This document shows, one piece after another, positions 46,490-55,779 of a stretch of 64,000 bases of DNA (the stretch's first letter is position 1; each line of letters opens with the position of its first letter). Source of the stretch: an uncultured Vicinamibacterales bacterium (lineage in GTDB: Bacteria > Acidobacteriota > Vicinamibacteria > Vicinamibacterales > UBA8438); contig OY282382.1 of assembly GCA_958295905.1 (NCBI GenBank), forward strand, positions 5,812,367-5,876,366. Reading direction: 5' to 3'. The notes under the pieces were generated by a model. It made no database searches. It was not told the origin of the DNA and saw only the letters and a list, made by a program, of their open reading frames with translations. Both the position numbers and the translations under genes were made by a program.

Positions 46490-47063
46490 TTTCTCCGGAA
46501 CCCGGACCATACATGGAGACTATCTGCGTCAAGCGACAACATGCGTGCGAGCACCATGACGCGCGGCGTAGCAGCCCGTGGTGGAGGAAGAGGAAGAGGA
46601 AGAGGAAGAGGAGGAGCTGTCCAAAGAAATGAAGTCGTCGGGGAATCGTGCGGGGTAAGGGAAGAGGCGGCGAGGTGCTTCTGCTGCGGACGAGTCAAGG
46701 CGCTTGGCGCTTCTGTTGAGGCCGTGCCGTGGTGGGCGAGATCGCTCTCGGTGCTGGCGGCGAGCCAGTCGGAACAGCGGTCTTGCGGGTGCCCGGAGGA
46801 CGATGGAAGTGAGAAATTTGGGAGGGGCACCGGCGGCTCGTCGTTGGGCGCCCATGTGCCCCATGTCATTGGGACTTCGGGCTGCTCCAAGCCCCGGAGG
46901 GATACGGCATGGGAGCACGATGGCCACTGGACGCCGCCGGCCATCAGTGTGCTGCTGGAGTACCTGAAGCAGAACTAGCGAGGCTCGGCGAGGCGCCGGC
47001 GAATCGGCGCACGCGGATGGCGGGCGCGGCGGTACTTCTGCGAGACACAGGTGGCAAAAGCGA

Positions 47064-48398
47064 ATGACGGCTCCGACTGACGATCGGCAGAACGGGCACG
47101 CGACCCGCACGCCGGGCGAGGCGCCGGCGAATCGGCGCGCTGCGCCCCACATCGTCGCATTCGTGCTCCTGTGCGCGGCCTCTCTCGCGCTGGCCGGCGG
47201 CTACGCCTGGTGGTCGGCGGCGCGCCGGGCGAGCTTCGTTCGGCCAGTCTCCCTGCCGCCGATCGGCAGTCTGGCCGAGCTCGATCCGCCGGCCGCGGCG
47301 GCGCGGTCCGCACCGCCGTCGGCGACTCCGGGCGACGGCCGGGCGGCGCCCCGCCCACCCGCCGCGCGGTTGCCGGAAGATCGGTCGGGAGCCGGTGGGA
47401 GGTCCTCGCGGGCGTCGGATCCCGACCCGGGGGCGGGAGCCGCGGGCTCCGTGCGGGGAAGGAACGAGCCGGCCCCCGGAGCGGTCCCGCCGGCCGGCGT
47501 GGACGTCGACCCGCCGGCCGGGCGCCTCCTTCTCCTTCGCCACACGGCGCTCGACGAGAGCTTCGGCGTGGCCAGCGTCGAGCGGTTGGACGAGGCCGGC
47601 GGCGGACGCCGCGCGACGCCGTTGCGGTGCGACCGGGTCGACTTCGCGGGTGAGCGGGGCGTCTGCCTGACGACCGACCGCTTCTATACGACGCACGCGA
47701 TCATGGTGTTCGACGGCGTGTTCGAACCGCTGCACCGGCTTCCGCTGCACGGCGTCCCCAGCCGCGTGCGCCTCGCGCCCGACGGCCGGCTGGCCGCGGT
47801 GACGGTGTTCGTGTCGGGCCACTCGTATCTCGACGAAGGCTTCTCGACCGAGACGAGCGTCGTCGACACCTACTCCGGCGGGCGGCGGGTCGCGAACCTC
47901 GAGGAGCTCCGGGTGCACCGGGACGGCGCGCCGTTCCGGGCCGTCGACTTCAACTTCTGGGGGGTCACCTTCGCGGCCGACAGCGACCGGTTCTACGCGA
48001 CCCTGGGTACCGGGGGGACGGTGTACCTCGTCGAGGGACGCGTCTCGACGCGCCGGGCGGACGTGGTGCTCGAAGGTGTCGAATGCCCGTCGCTGTCGCC
48101 GGACCAGAGCCGCATCGTCTTCAAGAAGCGCCTGCCCCCCGCGACCGGGTTCGGGTGGCGGCTCCACGTCATGGACCTGCGGTCGCGCGCGGTCGTGCCG
48201 CTCGCCGAGCCCCGGTCGGTAGACGATCAGGCCGAGTGGCTGGACGATTCGACGATCCTGTACGCCATCCCGGACCCGTCCGCACCCACCCCGATGGTGA
48301 CCGACGTCTGGCAGGTCCCGGCGGACGGCGGCGGCGCTCCCGAACTGTTCCTGAAGGGCGCGTCGTCGCCGGCGGTGTTCCGGAGAGCACAGGGTTGA
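47064..48398 (+). CDS. Membrane-anchored TolB-like beta-propeller protein
   Basis: TM helix HIVAFVLLCAASLALAGGYAWW, followed by repeated ..SPDG..(I/A)(V/F).. blades. Confidence 0.6.
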   Translation: MTAPTDDRQNGHATRTPGEAPANRRAAPHIVAFVLLCAASLALAGGYAWWSAARRASFVRPVSLPPIGSLAELDPPAAAARSAPPSATPGDGRAAPRPPAARLPEDRSGAGGRSSRASDPDPGAGAAGSVRGRNEPAPGAVPPAGVDVDPPAGRLLLLRHTALDESFGVASVERLDEAGGGRRATPLRCDRVDFAGERGVCLTTDRFYTTHAIMVFDGVFEPLHRLPLHGVPSRVRLAPDGRLAAVTVFVSGHSYLDEGFSTETSVVDTYSGGRRVANLEELRVHRDGAPFRAVDFNFWGVTFAADSDRFYATLGTGGTVYLVEGRVSTRRADVVLEGVECPSLSPDQSRIVFKKRLPPATGFGWRLHVMDLRSRAVVPLAEPRSVDDQAEWLDDSTILYAIPDPSAPTPMVTDVWQVPADGGGAPELFLKGASSPAVFRRAQG

Positions 48399-48678
48399 GG
48401 GGGGCCTCCACGAGATGGCCGCCGACGGCTCGGGGTCCCGGAGCGCCGCCGCCGCGATGGGGCGACGCCGGTCGAGGGCGAGGCCCGTTCGGTAGCGACG
48501 CCGGCCCAGCCCCCCGCGATCGTGCCTCCGATCGGCGAGGCGCTCTGTCGCCCGAAGCGATGCAGCGGGTGTCGTTCGCCGCCCGGGGGCCTGCTCACCG
48601 CGGTGATGACGGCAATCGCGGCCGGACTGATACTCTGGTGGCACGACGCCAGCGACGGCGGCGACGGAACCAGACGAC

Positions 48679-49077
48679 ATGGCCTCTGACAGACTCTACG
48701 AAGCGGCGTTTCCCTTCGCCGACGACGTGCTCGCGCTTCCGGTCGAGGACATCGACCGGGCGGCGCAGTGGTACGGCGCCCGGTTCGGCCTCGTGGAGGT
48801 CGAGCGGCGCGACGACCCCGTGCCGACGGTGATCCTGGAGCGGGACGGCGTGCGAATCGGCTTCGCCGTCAACCGCGGCGACCCCGGCAACGAGGGCGCC
48901 GCCATCCGGGTGACCGACATCCGGAGAGCCCGCGGCGAGCTGGAGGCCAACGGCGTCCACACCGCCAACTGGCGCGTGGACGAACGGGACGGCGAGAAGT
49001 ACCAGGTGTTCTTCGTGGTCGCGCCGGACGGCCTCTGCTACTACTTCCACCAGCCGATCGGTCCCGCCGGCCAGTAG
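48679..49077 (+). CDS. VOC/glyoxalase-bleomycin-resistance family protein
   Basis: 132 aa. The V.DIDRA..WY...FG and V..PDG...YF pattern is present. Confidence 0.65.
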   Translation: MASDRLYEAAFPFADDVLALPVEDIDRAAQWYGARFGLVEVERRDDPVPTVILERDGVRIGFAVNRGDPGNEGAAIRVTDIRRARGELEANGVHTANWRVDERDGEKYQVFFVVAPDGLCYYFHQPIGPAGQ

Positions 49078-49150
49078 GCGCCGCCGGCGCCGGCCGGTTC
49101 GACCCGCCGTGATCCGCGAGCCTGGACTGCCGCCCCAACGGATTCTATCG

Positions 49151-50647
49151 ATGCCGACAGCAAGAACCAGCGAGAACCGCCCGCTCCGCATCGCCGCGGT
49201 GACTCCGGGGGACGGCCAGGGCCGGATCGGCCTCACGCTGTGTCCCGGCAAGACCGATCCCGGCGCGTTCTCGGGACCGACGGCGCGCGATCTGGACACG
49301 GACCTCGACGTGATTCAGCGATGGGGGGCGACCGCGGTGGTCAGCCTGATCACCGGCGAGGAGATGGACCGTCTGTCGGTACGCGATCTCCCCGAGGCGG
49401 TCCGCGACCGGCACATGGAGTGGTGGCACGCGCCTATCCCCGACGGGATGCCGCCGGGAGCCGACTTCGAGGCGGCATGGACAGTCGCGGGCGAGGCCGT
49501 CCGGGACCGGCTGCGGCTCGGCTTCGACGTGCTCGTGCACTGCAAGGGGGGTCTGGGCCGCGCCGGGACGGTCGCGGCACGCCTGCTGGTGGATCTGGGC
49601 GAGGGCCCGGACCAGGCGATTCGCCGCGTGCGCGAGGCTCGGCAGGGAGCCATCGAGAACGAGGCCCAGGAAGCCCACGTGGCGCAGTGCTCGGCTCGAA
49701 CGCCGTCGGCTCCATCGAAGAACGCGGACGGCATCGGGGACCGGGCGCTCGGGGCCTTCCTGGGCCTCGCGGTGGGCGACGCGGTGGGCACGACGCTCGA
49801 GTTCCGGCGCCGCGACGCGCAGCCCCGCTTGGAGGACATGGTCGGGGGCGGCCCGTTCGGCCAGCCGCCCGGCGGCTGGACCGACGACACCGCCATGGCG
49901 CTGGCTCTTGCCGACAGCTTGGCGGCGTCGGAGACGCTCGACTACCGGAACCTGATGGACCGCTTCGTCCGATGGTGGCGGCACGGCGACTACTCGCACA
50001 CCGGCGAATGCTTCGACATCGGAAACACCACCCTCGATGCGCTCGACCGCTACCAGCGGACCGGCAATCCGATCGCCGGCTCGACCGATCCGCACAGCGC
50101 CGGCAACGGCTCGCTGATGCGGCTCGCCCCCGTCGCCCTCCGGTTCTGGCGGGACCGCCCGGGCCTGATCGCCGCCGCGGCCGACCAATCCCGCGCAACG
50201 CACGGCGCCGAGGAGGCGGTAGACGCCTGCCGGGCGTTCGCGGAGCTGCTCGCCGACGCCATCGCGGGGTCGCCGCGCGCCGACGTCCTGGCTCCAAGGC
50301 CGTTCGAGGGGGCCGCGGCCATCGCCCGAATCATGGCCGGCAGCGGGCGGGGACGGGCACGGGAGACGATCAGCTCCAGCGGGTACGTCGTCGACACCCT
50401 GGAAGCCGCCATCTGGTCGGTCGCCCGCACCGGAGACTTCCACAACGCGGTGCTGCTCGCTGCCAACCTGGCCGACGACGCGGATACGGTCGCCGCGGTG
50501 ACAGGCCAGCTCGCCGGCGCCCTCTACGGCCTGAGCGGCATCCCCGACCACTGGCTGGAACGCGTCGCCTGGAAGGATCGACTCCTGGCGGCGGGACGGC
50601 GGCTGCTGCCGGCATCGCCAGCCGGGCGGGAGGAAGCGGGCGAGTAG
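49151..50647 (+). CDS. Cys-based phosphatase (CX5R, KAP/DSP-like) fused to ADP-ribosylglycohydrolase
   Basis: VHCKGGLGRAGT is the P-loop. Then DRALGAFLGLAVGDAVGTTLEF, GGWTDDTAMALALADSL and AGNGSLMRLAPVAL follow the ARH pattern. Confidence 0.75.
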   Translation: MPTARTSENRPLRIAAVTPGDGQGRIGLTLCPGKTDPGAFSGPTARDLDTDLDVIQRWGATAVVSLITGEEMDRLSVRDLPEAVRDRHMEWWHAPIPDGMPPGADFEAAWTVAGEAVRDRLRLGFDVLVHCKGGLGRAGTVAARLLVDLGEGPDQAIRRVREARQGAIENEAQEAHVAQCSARTPSAPSKNADGIGDRALGAFLGLAVGDAVGTTLEFRRRDAQPRLEDMVGGGPFGQPPGGWTDDTAMALALADSLAASETLDYRNLMDRFVRWWRHGDYSHTGECFDIGNTTLDALDRYQRTGNPIAGSTDPHSAGNGSLMRLAPVALRFWRDRPGLIAAAADQSRATHGAEEAVDACRAFAELLADAIAGSPRADVLAPRPFEGAAAIARIMAGSGRGRARETISSSGYVVDTLEAAIWSVARTGDFHNAVLLAANLADDADTVAAVTGQLAGALYGLSGIPDHWLERVAWKDRLLAAGRRLLPASPAGREEAGE

Positions 50648-50835
50648 CGGAAGCGCGGCGATTGGGATATCCGGACGTGCGCACGCGCGCACGCCGCTAC
50701 CTGGGGGAACGACCCGCCCCGCGCGCAAGGCCGCCCGGCGGCACTACTTTTGTACGTTCTCCAAGACCAGGACCCGCCGGCAAACCGAGCCCGGCCGGCC
50801 CTGGAAGCCGGAGCCGGGCACGCACGCGAGAAGCG

Positions 50836-51909
50836 CTACTCCGGCGCCGGGAGGTACGCGAGCCGATCCCCGCGGTACGACCCCAACCACAGCTCGTCGC
50901 CGATCCGGAGCGCGGTGGTGGACGAGATGAACCCGTCCATGGCCGCGTGCACGAAGATCCGCTCGACCTCGAGGGTCTCCGGGTCGATGACCGCGACGTT
51001 GCTCGTCTCCAGGGTCGGCTCGCGCGGGTCGGTGATGGAGTTGCCGTCCCTGTCGGTGTGGCCGGCCGCGTAGATGACCGAGCCGTCGAGGGCCATGCGC
51101 AGGTTGTCGGGCCGGAATCCGAGCTCGACGACGTCCTTCCGCACCGGCTCGACGCCGCGCGACAGGCGGGTGAGCTTCTCCTCGGCCCAGCCGGCGATGT
51201 AGAGGGTCTGCCCGTCCGCGGACACCTCAATGCCGTTCGGCGCGGTGTCCCCGCTCTCGGGCAGCACCTCCCAGCCGCTGTCGGCCTGCCACTCCCACAC
51301 CCCGATGCCGGCGTTCGTCGCGGCGAAGCCGCCGCCCGGCAGGGCGACCACCGAGTTGAGGTTGGCACCCTCCGGGGCCACCGCGCACCCCGTCCAGGCC
51401 AGGCTCGGGGGCGAATCCCCGGCATCGACCTCGAAGAACTCGATCGACTCCCGGGGGCCGTGATGGACGACGAGCAGGGTGTGGATGCCGTCCGCGCCCG
51501 GGTCGAGGTAGAGGCCGTGCAGACGGGACGCGTCCGGGTTACCGAGGTCGAGTGGACCGGGGCACTCGGGCCAGGCCTCGGCGTCGAGCCGCAGCTCGCT
51601 GTCCGGCGTCGGGAACACCGCGGTCGAGGTCTTGTCGCTCACGTTCACGACGTTGAGCCGGCCTCCCTCCCGGGCGCCGGAGACGATGGCCCACTCCGCC
51701 CCCGGGATGACCACGATGTCCTCGGGGCTGACCATGCCGCAGATGAACTGCACCCCGCCGACCGGGTCGCAGGGGTGCTCGCCGGTGACCGCGAACTGCG
51801 GCGGGGCCGGTACGGCGTCGGCGGCGGGTTCCGGCTCGGGCGCCGGAGCGCCGCAGCCCACCGCGATCATCGTGACCAACCCGAGTCGTGCCAGCTTCAC
51901 CGCGCTCAT
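50836..51909 (-). CDS. Lipoprotein, SMP-30/arylesterase-like six-bladed beta-propeller
   Basis: Met 51909 is preceded by ggaggaggg. Lipobox IAVGC. Propeller-like repeats include PNGIEVSADGQTLYIA. Confidence 0.6.
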   Translation of the reverse strand: MSAVKLARLGLVTMIAVGCGAPAPEPEPAADAVPAPPQFAVTGEHPCDPVGGVQFICGMVSPEDIVVIPGAEWAIVSGAREGGRLNVVNVSDKTSTAVFPTPDSELRLDAEAWPECPGPLDLGNPDASRLHGLYLDPGADGIHTLLVVHHGPRESIEFFEVDAGDSPPSLAWTGCAVAPEGANLNSVVALPGGGFAATNAGIGVWEWQADSGWEVLPESGDTAPNGIEVSADGQTLYIAGWAEEKLTRLSRGVEPVRKDVVELGFRPDNLRMALDGSVIYAAGHTDRDGNSITDPREPTLETSNVAVIDPETLEVERIFVHAAMDGFISSTTALRIGDELWLGSYRGDRLAYLPAPE

Positions 51910-51985
51910 GACGTCCCTCCTCCTGGGATCGGTTGGCGACAGGATACCACCGCAGGACTGCGACACCGGGCCTCCGGGCCGGGAC

Positions 51986-52146
51986 CATCCCACACTCCGC
52001 CACCGCCGTGCACAGGCAGAATCGTGGCGGGTCATGGGGTTCCGGACGGGCGGAATCGTGGGTCTCACGCGGTGCCGGCCGGGCGGCAAGACGATGGCGA
52101 CCCTTCGAATCGGGGGCGAGCCGTCACGCGCAGTCAGCGTGGGATG
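51986..52146 (-). repeat. Family C palindromic-ended repeat (~160 bp core), inverted orientation
   Basis: CATCCCACAC ... GCGTGGGATG. The interior is the reverse complement of the 55561-55720 unit. Confidence 0.8.
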
Positions 52147-52347
52147 CTCCTGGCCCCGGGCCGGGAGTCCGCGCCGTGGTGTCGGCAAGCGACGACGGAC
52201 TCCGGGGCCCGCGGTGATGGCGTCCGGGGAACGTCCGTCCGCTCCTGGTCCGGAAAATCGCCGCCGCGCAACCTTGCAGTCGCGTGGGCAGTTTCTGCTG
52301 ACGCGAAACTGCCGACGGGGCAAGGATTGCCGCCCAACCAGACCTGC

Positions 52348-52382
52348 CACGAGTCTGCACCGTTCTACGGCGCAGACTCGTG
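52348..52382. repeat. Hairpin made of the two family-B MITE termini with no core
   Basis: cacGAGTCTGCaCCG ttcta CGGCGCAGACTCgtg. Confidence 0.7.
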
Positions 52383-52587
52383 GCTCTCCTTAGGGCAAAG
52401 GGGTGGCCGGACGGCGACCATCGCGCCGCCGGCACTGCTTCGGCATCGGGAACATCAGGCTCGACGCGCTCGACCGGTACGGGCGGACCGCCTATCCGGT
52501 CGCCGGGTCGACCGCGAGATCGCCCGGACCACGACCGGAAGTTGGGCGCGGGCACCGGCGGGACGAGATCGAGACGGCAGGGTCTTG

Positions 52588-53412
52588 TCAGGGCGGTCCC
52601 GGGAGCGTGTAGCCGATCATGAACAACGCCGCCTCGAGCGCCCGCAGGCGGCGATTCGCGGCGAGCTTGGCGAAGCTCCCTTCGCAGGCCACCTCGCCCA
52701 AGACCCACGCCGCCCAGACGTTGCACTCCGCCCACCTCCGGCGACCCCGGCCGGAGTAGTATAGCTGCGGGAACTGCAGCGAGCCTTCCGACGGGTTTCG
52801 GTTGTGTTTTTTCACTCTCCCGGCTCTCCCGGGAGGCAACCGGAACAGCAGCAATTCCGGAACGCTGGAGAGGTTCACTTCCTTGCAGTACCGCTGGACC
52901 AGGTAGCCCATCGCCGCGCCCACCCGCGAGTCGTAGATCGGGAAGCCCTCGAGCATCAGCGCATAGACCTTGGTCCAACCCGAGTTCATGTAGCGCACCC
53001 TGCCCAACCGGGACGTGTCCGCGTGCGACGGATCGAGCAGACAAGCAGCCCCGCGGAATCTCGACAGCGCCTCCGGCCCGAGGTCACGTAGCGTCTTGAC
53101 GTTGCCGCGCGTCACGCCGCCCCAACGCAGAATTCCGCACGCCGCGTCCACGAAGCGACTGCTGTCGTCGCCCTCCACCGCCGCAAGCATCTCGCCGCGG
53201 AGACCATTCAGCTCCTCTTGATTGGCCTTGAAGTCGCGGTCTTTCCAGCGGTAGTTCGTGTACGCCTCCCAGAGGGAGCCGCAGTGCCAGTCGCATGCCG
53301 GCCTGACCATCCGGTAACTGTGTTCGAAGGACTCGTCGCCCCCAACCCGCCGGCGCAGCCACTTGATGAACGCCTGCACCCTCTCGTCGCCCAAATAGTC
53401 GTCGCGCCTCAC
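52588..53412 (-). CDS. Hypothetical protein (possibly OGG-fold-like, low confidence)
   Basis: 274-aa ORF with noticeably lower GC. The SGWTKVYALMLEGFPIYDSRVGAAMGYL segment recalls OGG-fold defence-context proteins. Confidence 0.5.
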   Translation of the reverse strand: MRRDDYLGDERVQAFIKWLRRRVGGDESFEHSYRMVRPACDWHCGSLWEAYTNYRWKDRDFKANQEELNGLRGEMLAAVEGDDSSRFVDAACGILRWGGVTRGNVKTLRDLGPEALSRFRGAACLLDPSHADTSRLGRVRYMNSGWTKVYALMLEGFPIYDSRVGAAMGYLVQRYCKEVNLSSVPELLLFRLPPGRAGRVKKHNRNPSEGSLQFPQLYYSGRGRRRWAECNVWAAWVLGEVACEGSFAKLAANRRLRALEAALFMIGYTLPGPP

Positions 53413-53561
53413 CGATGCCCCCCTCCTCCTGCTGTAGACTCCCCCCGCCAGCGCCGCCGGCCGGTCCGCCGGCCATCAGACCTCCCCCGCCTCCCTCCGG
53501 TCTCGCAGGAACTGCCGACAACACGTCGTGGCACAAGCTCCAAAACGGTCCTCCAATCTCC

Positions 53562-53720
53562 TCAAAAGAGTGTGGGTAGGGGCGGCGCCAGTTCGATGCC
53601 TCCGCAGCACAGGAACAGCATCGAGCCGGCCGAGTGGAAACCGTACGCGCGCCGCGCAATCACACGCAGCTTGTTGTTGATGCCCTCCACCGGACGGTTC
53701 GAGCGCTCCCTGCGCTCGTC
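53562..53720 (-). pseudogene. ISL3-family transposase C-terminal remnant
   Basis: SNRPVEGINNKLRVIARRAYGFHS. Confidence 0.65.
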
Positions 53721-53932
53721 GACACCGTCGATCCCGTCCCTGTCGCTTGCGCCAACTCTGCTCCTTTCGAGTTGTGGTTTTCGACCGGCGGCATCTGCCG
53801 CCACCCTGTCTCCATTCTCCGAACACTTGAGTCAGAACCTGTCAGTGCGCCGGTCCGACCGCGGTCGGCCGAGCCTGATCGAGTGACGACAGGAACGACA
53901 CGGCATACAGGGAAGATGACATAATCCGTCGC

Positions 53933-55210
53933 ATGCGTTACCCGCTCACGCGGCGGCAGGTCCTGCGCGGGGCCGCGGCAGGGATCGCGGCGGCGGCGGC
54001 CCCGGGCGCCCGGGGGGCGGCCGGCGGAGCGCGGCAGCAGGACAGCATCGGACCGTACTCGGACGACGTGCTGCCGCCGGGCGTCCGTTCCCGCTTCGTC
54101 GCCGGCATCAACGGCCTCCGCATGCACGTGCTGGAGGCGGGGTCGAAGGCCGGCGCGCGCGCCGGCGCGCTTCTGCTGCACGGCTTCCCGGAGCTCGCCT
54201 ACAGCTGGCGGCGGCTGATGCCGGCCCTCGCGGGAGCGGGCTACCACGTCATGGCGCCCGACCTGCGCGGCTACGGCCGCACCGACGGCGCCGGCGTGGC
54301 CTACGACGACGACCTGCGCCCGTTCCGGATGCTGAACGAGGTGCGGGACATGCTCGCGCTGGTGGCGGCGTTCGGCTACCGCGAGGTCCACCTCGCGGGC
54401 CACGACTTCGGGGCGCTGGTGGCGTCGTGGTGCGCGGTCGCGCGGCCGGACGTGTTCCGCTCCGCCGTCCTGATGAGCGCGCCGTTCGGAGGGACGGCGA
54501 CGCTCCCGTTCGACACCGCCGACGCGCCGGAGGCCCCGGCCGGCGCTCCCGCCGCCGACATCGACGCCGGCCTCGCGAGCCTCACGCCCCCCCGCCGGCA
54601 CTACCGGCGTTTCTACGCGACGCGTGGGGCCAACGACGACCTGTGGCGGGCGCCGCAGGGGGTGCACGACTTCCTGCGCGCCTACTACCACATGAAGAGC
54701 GGCGACTGGAGCGGCAACCGGCCCGAGCCGCTCCGCGGGTGGTCAGCGGCCGAGCTGGCGCGGCTCCCCCGCTACTACGTGCTGGACCTCGGCAAGGGGA
54801 TGGCGGAGACGGTGGCCGAGCACATGCCGTCGCCGGCCGAGATCGCGGCGTGCGAATGGCTGCCCGACGACGAGCTGCGGGTCTACAGCGCCGAGTACCG
54901 CCGGACCGGGTTCCAGGGCGGCCTGCAGTGGTACCGCAGCGTGGCCTCGGTATCGTCCATCTTCGGCGGGGGCATCAACGCCGACCTGCAGGTGTTCGCG
55001 GGGCGCACCATCGACCAGCCGTCGCTGTTCATCGCCGGCGCGCGCGACTGGGGCATCCACCAGCGGCCGGGCGCCCTCGACCGCATGGACGGCGCCGCCT
55101 GCACCGACCTGCGGGGGCTCCACCTGCTCGACGGGGCCGGACACTGGGTGCAGCAGGAGCGGCCGGCGGACGTCAACCGGCTGGTCCTCCGCTTCCTGCG
55201 CTCGCTCTGA
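53933..55210 (+). CDS. Alpha/beta hydrolase (epoxide hydrolase-like) with Tat-type signal
   Basis: RRQVLRGAAAGIAAAAA, LLLHGFPELAYSWRRLMPAL...APDLRGYGRTD and GHDFGA. Confidence 0.8.
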   Translation: MRYPLTRRQVLRGAAAGIAAAAAPGARGAAGGARQQDSIGPYSDDVLPPGVRSRFVAGINGLRMHVLEAGSKAGARAGALLLHGFPELAYSWRRLMPALAGAGYHVMAPDLRGYGRTDGAGVAYDDDLRPFRMLNEVRDMLALVAAFGYREVHLAGHDFGALVASWCAVARPDVFRSAVLMSAPFGGTATLPFDTADAPEAPAGAPAADIDAGLASLTPPRRHYRRFYATRGANDDLWRAPQGVHDFLRAYYHMKSGDWSGNRPEPLRGWSAAELARLPRYYVLDLGKGMAETVAEHMPSPAEIAACEWLPDDELRVYSAEYRRTGFQGGLQWYRSVASVSSIFGGGINADLQVFAGRTIDQPSLFIAGARDWGIHQRPGALDRMDGAACTDLRGLHLLDGAGHWVQQERPADVNRLVLRFLRSL

Positions 55211-55335
55211 AGACGCGCGGCCGACGCGATCGGCGGTCTTGTCCACCCTCCACCGCGCCAACGGGGAACTCGGTCCTCCGGATCTCGCCGTCGTCGGGTG
55301 TGTACTGCCCCGTTTTGATGCGGACGATGGGATAG

Positions 55336-55493
55336 CAGCCCGTGGCAAAACTCCGCGGTGCGCCAAAACCGGCCGGCGGTGGCGCGGAAACGGCTCGGAT
55401 CGGCCGGATTTCGGCGATTTCGACGGCTGCACGACACGTTTCTTGGGCCGAGTACGGCCCGGCCGGATGCAGCACCATTTCTGCCACGGCCTG
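55336..55493 (+). mobile_element. MITE-like element, family A (158 bp)
   Basis: Termini CAGCCCGTGGCA and CAGGCCGTGGCA. The 4-bp duplication ATAG is at 55332-55335 and 55494-55497. Confidence 0.85.
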
Positions 55494-55560
55494 ATAGTCG
55501 GGGAGCGGATTACCCTATAATCAGCCGGTGGCGAACGTCCCCGCCGCATTCGAGCAGGGG

Positions 55561-55720
55561 CATCCCACGCTGACCGCGGGTGACGGCCCGCCCCCGATTC
55601 GAGGGGTCGCCACCGTCTTGCCGACCGGCCGGCGCCGCGTGAGACCCACGATGCCGCACGTCCGGAGCCCCGGACCCGCCACGATGCCTCCTGCGCACGG
55701 CGGGGGCGGCGCGTGGGATG
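55561..55720 (+). repeat. Family C palindromic-ended repeat
   Basis: CATCCCACGC ... GCGTGGGATG, with the same interior as the tandem units at 56849-57379. Confidence 0.8.
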
Positions 55721-55779
55721 GTCCTGGCGTTCGAGGGGGGCACCGGTGGATGGCGGGTGCGGGTGGTAGGATACCGGCC

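Noticed and set aside
46583-46612. (GAGGAA)n simple repeat and surrounding ORFs at 46529-47060
   Set aside because: It is a low-complexity microsatellite. The overlapping ORFs on both strands have no coding signature or motifs.
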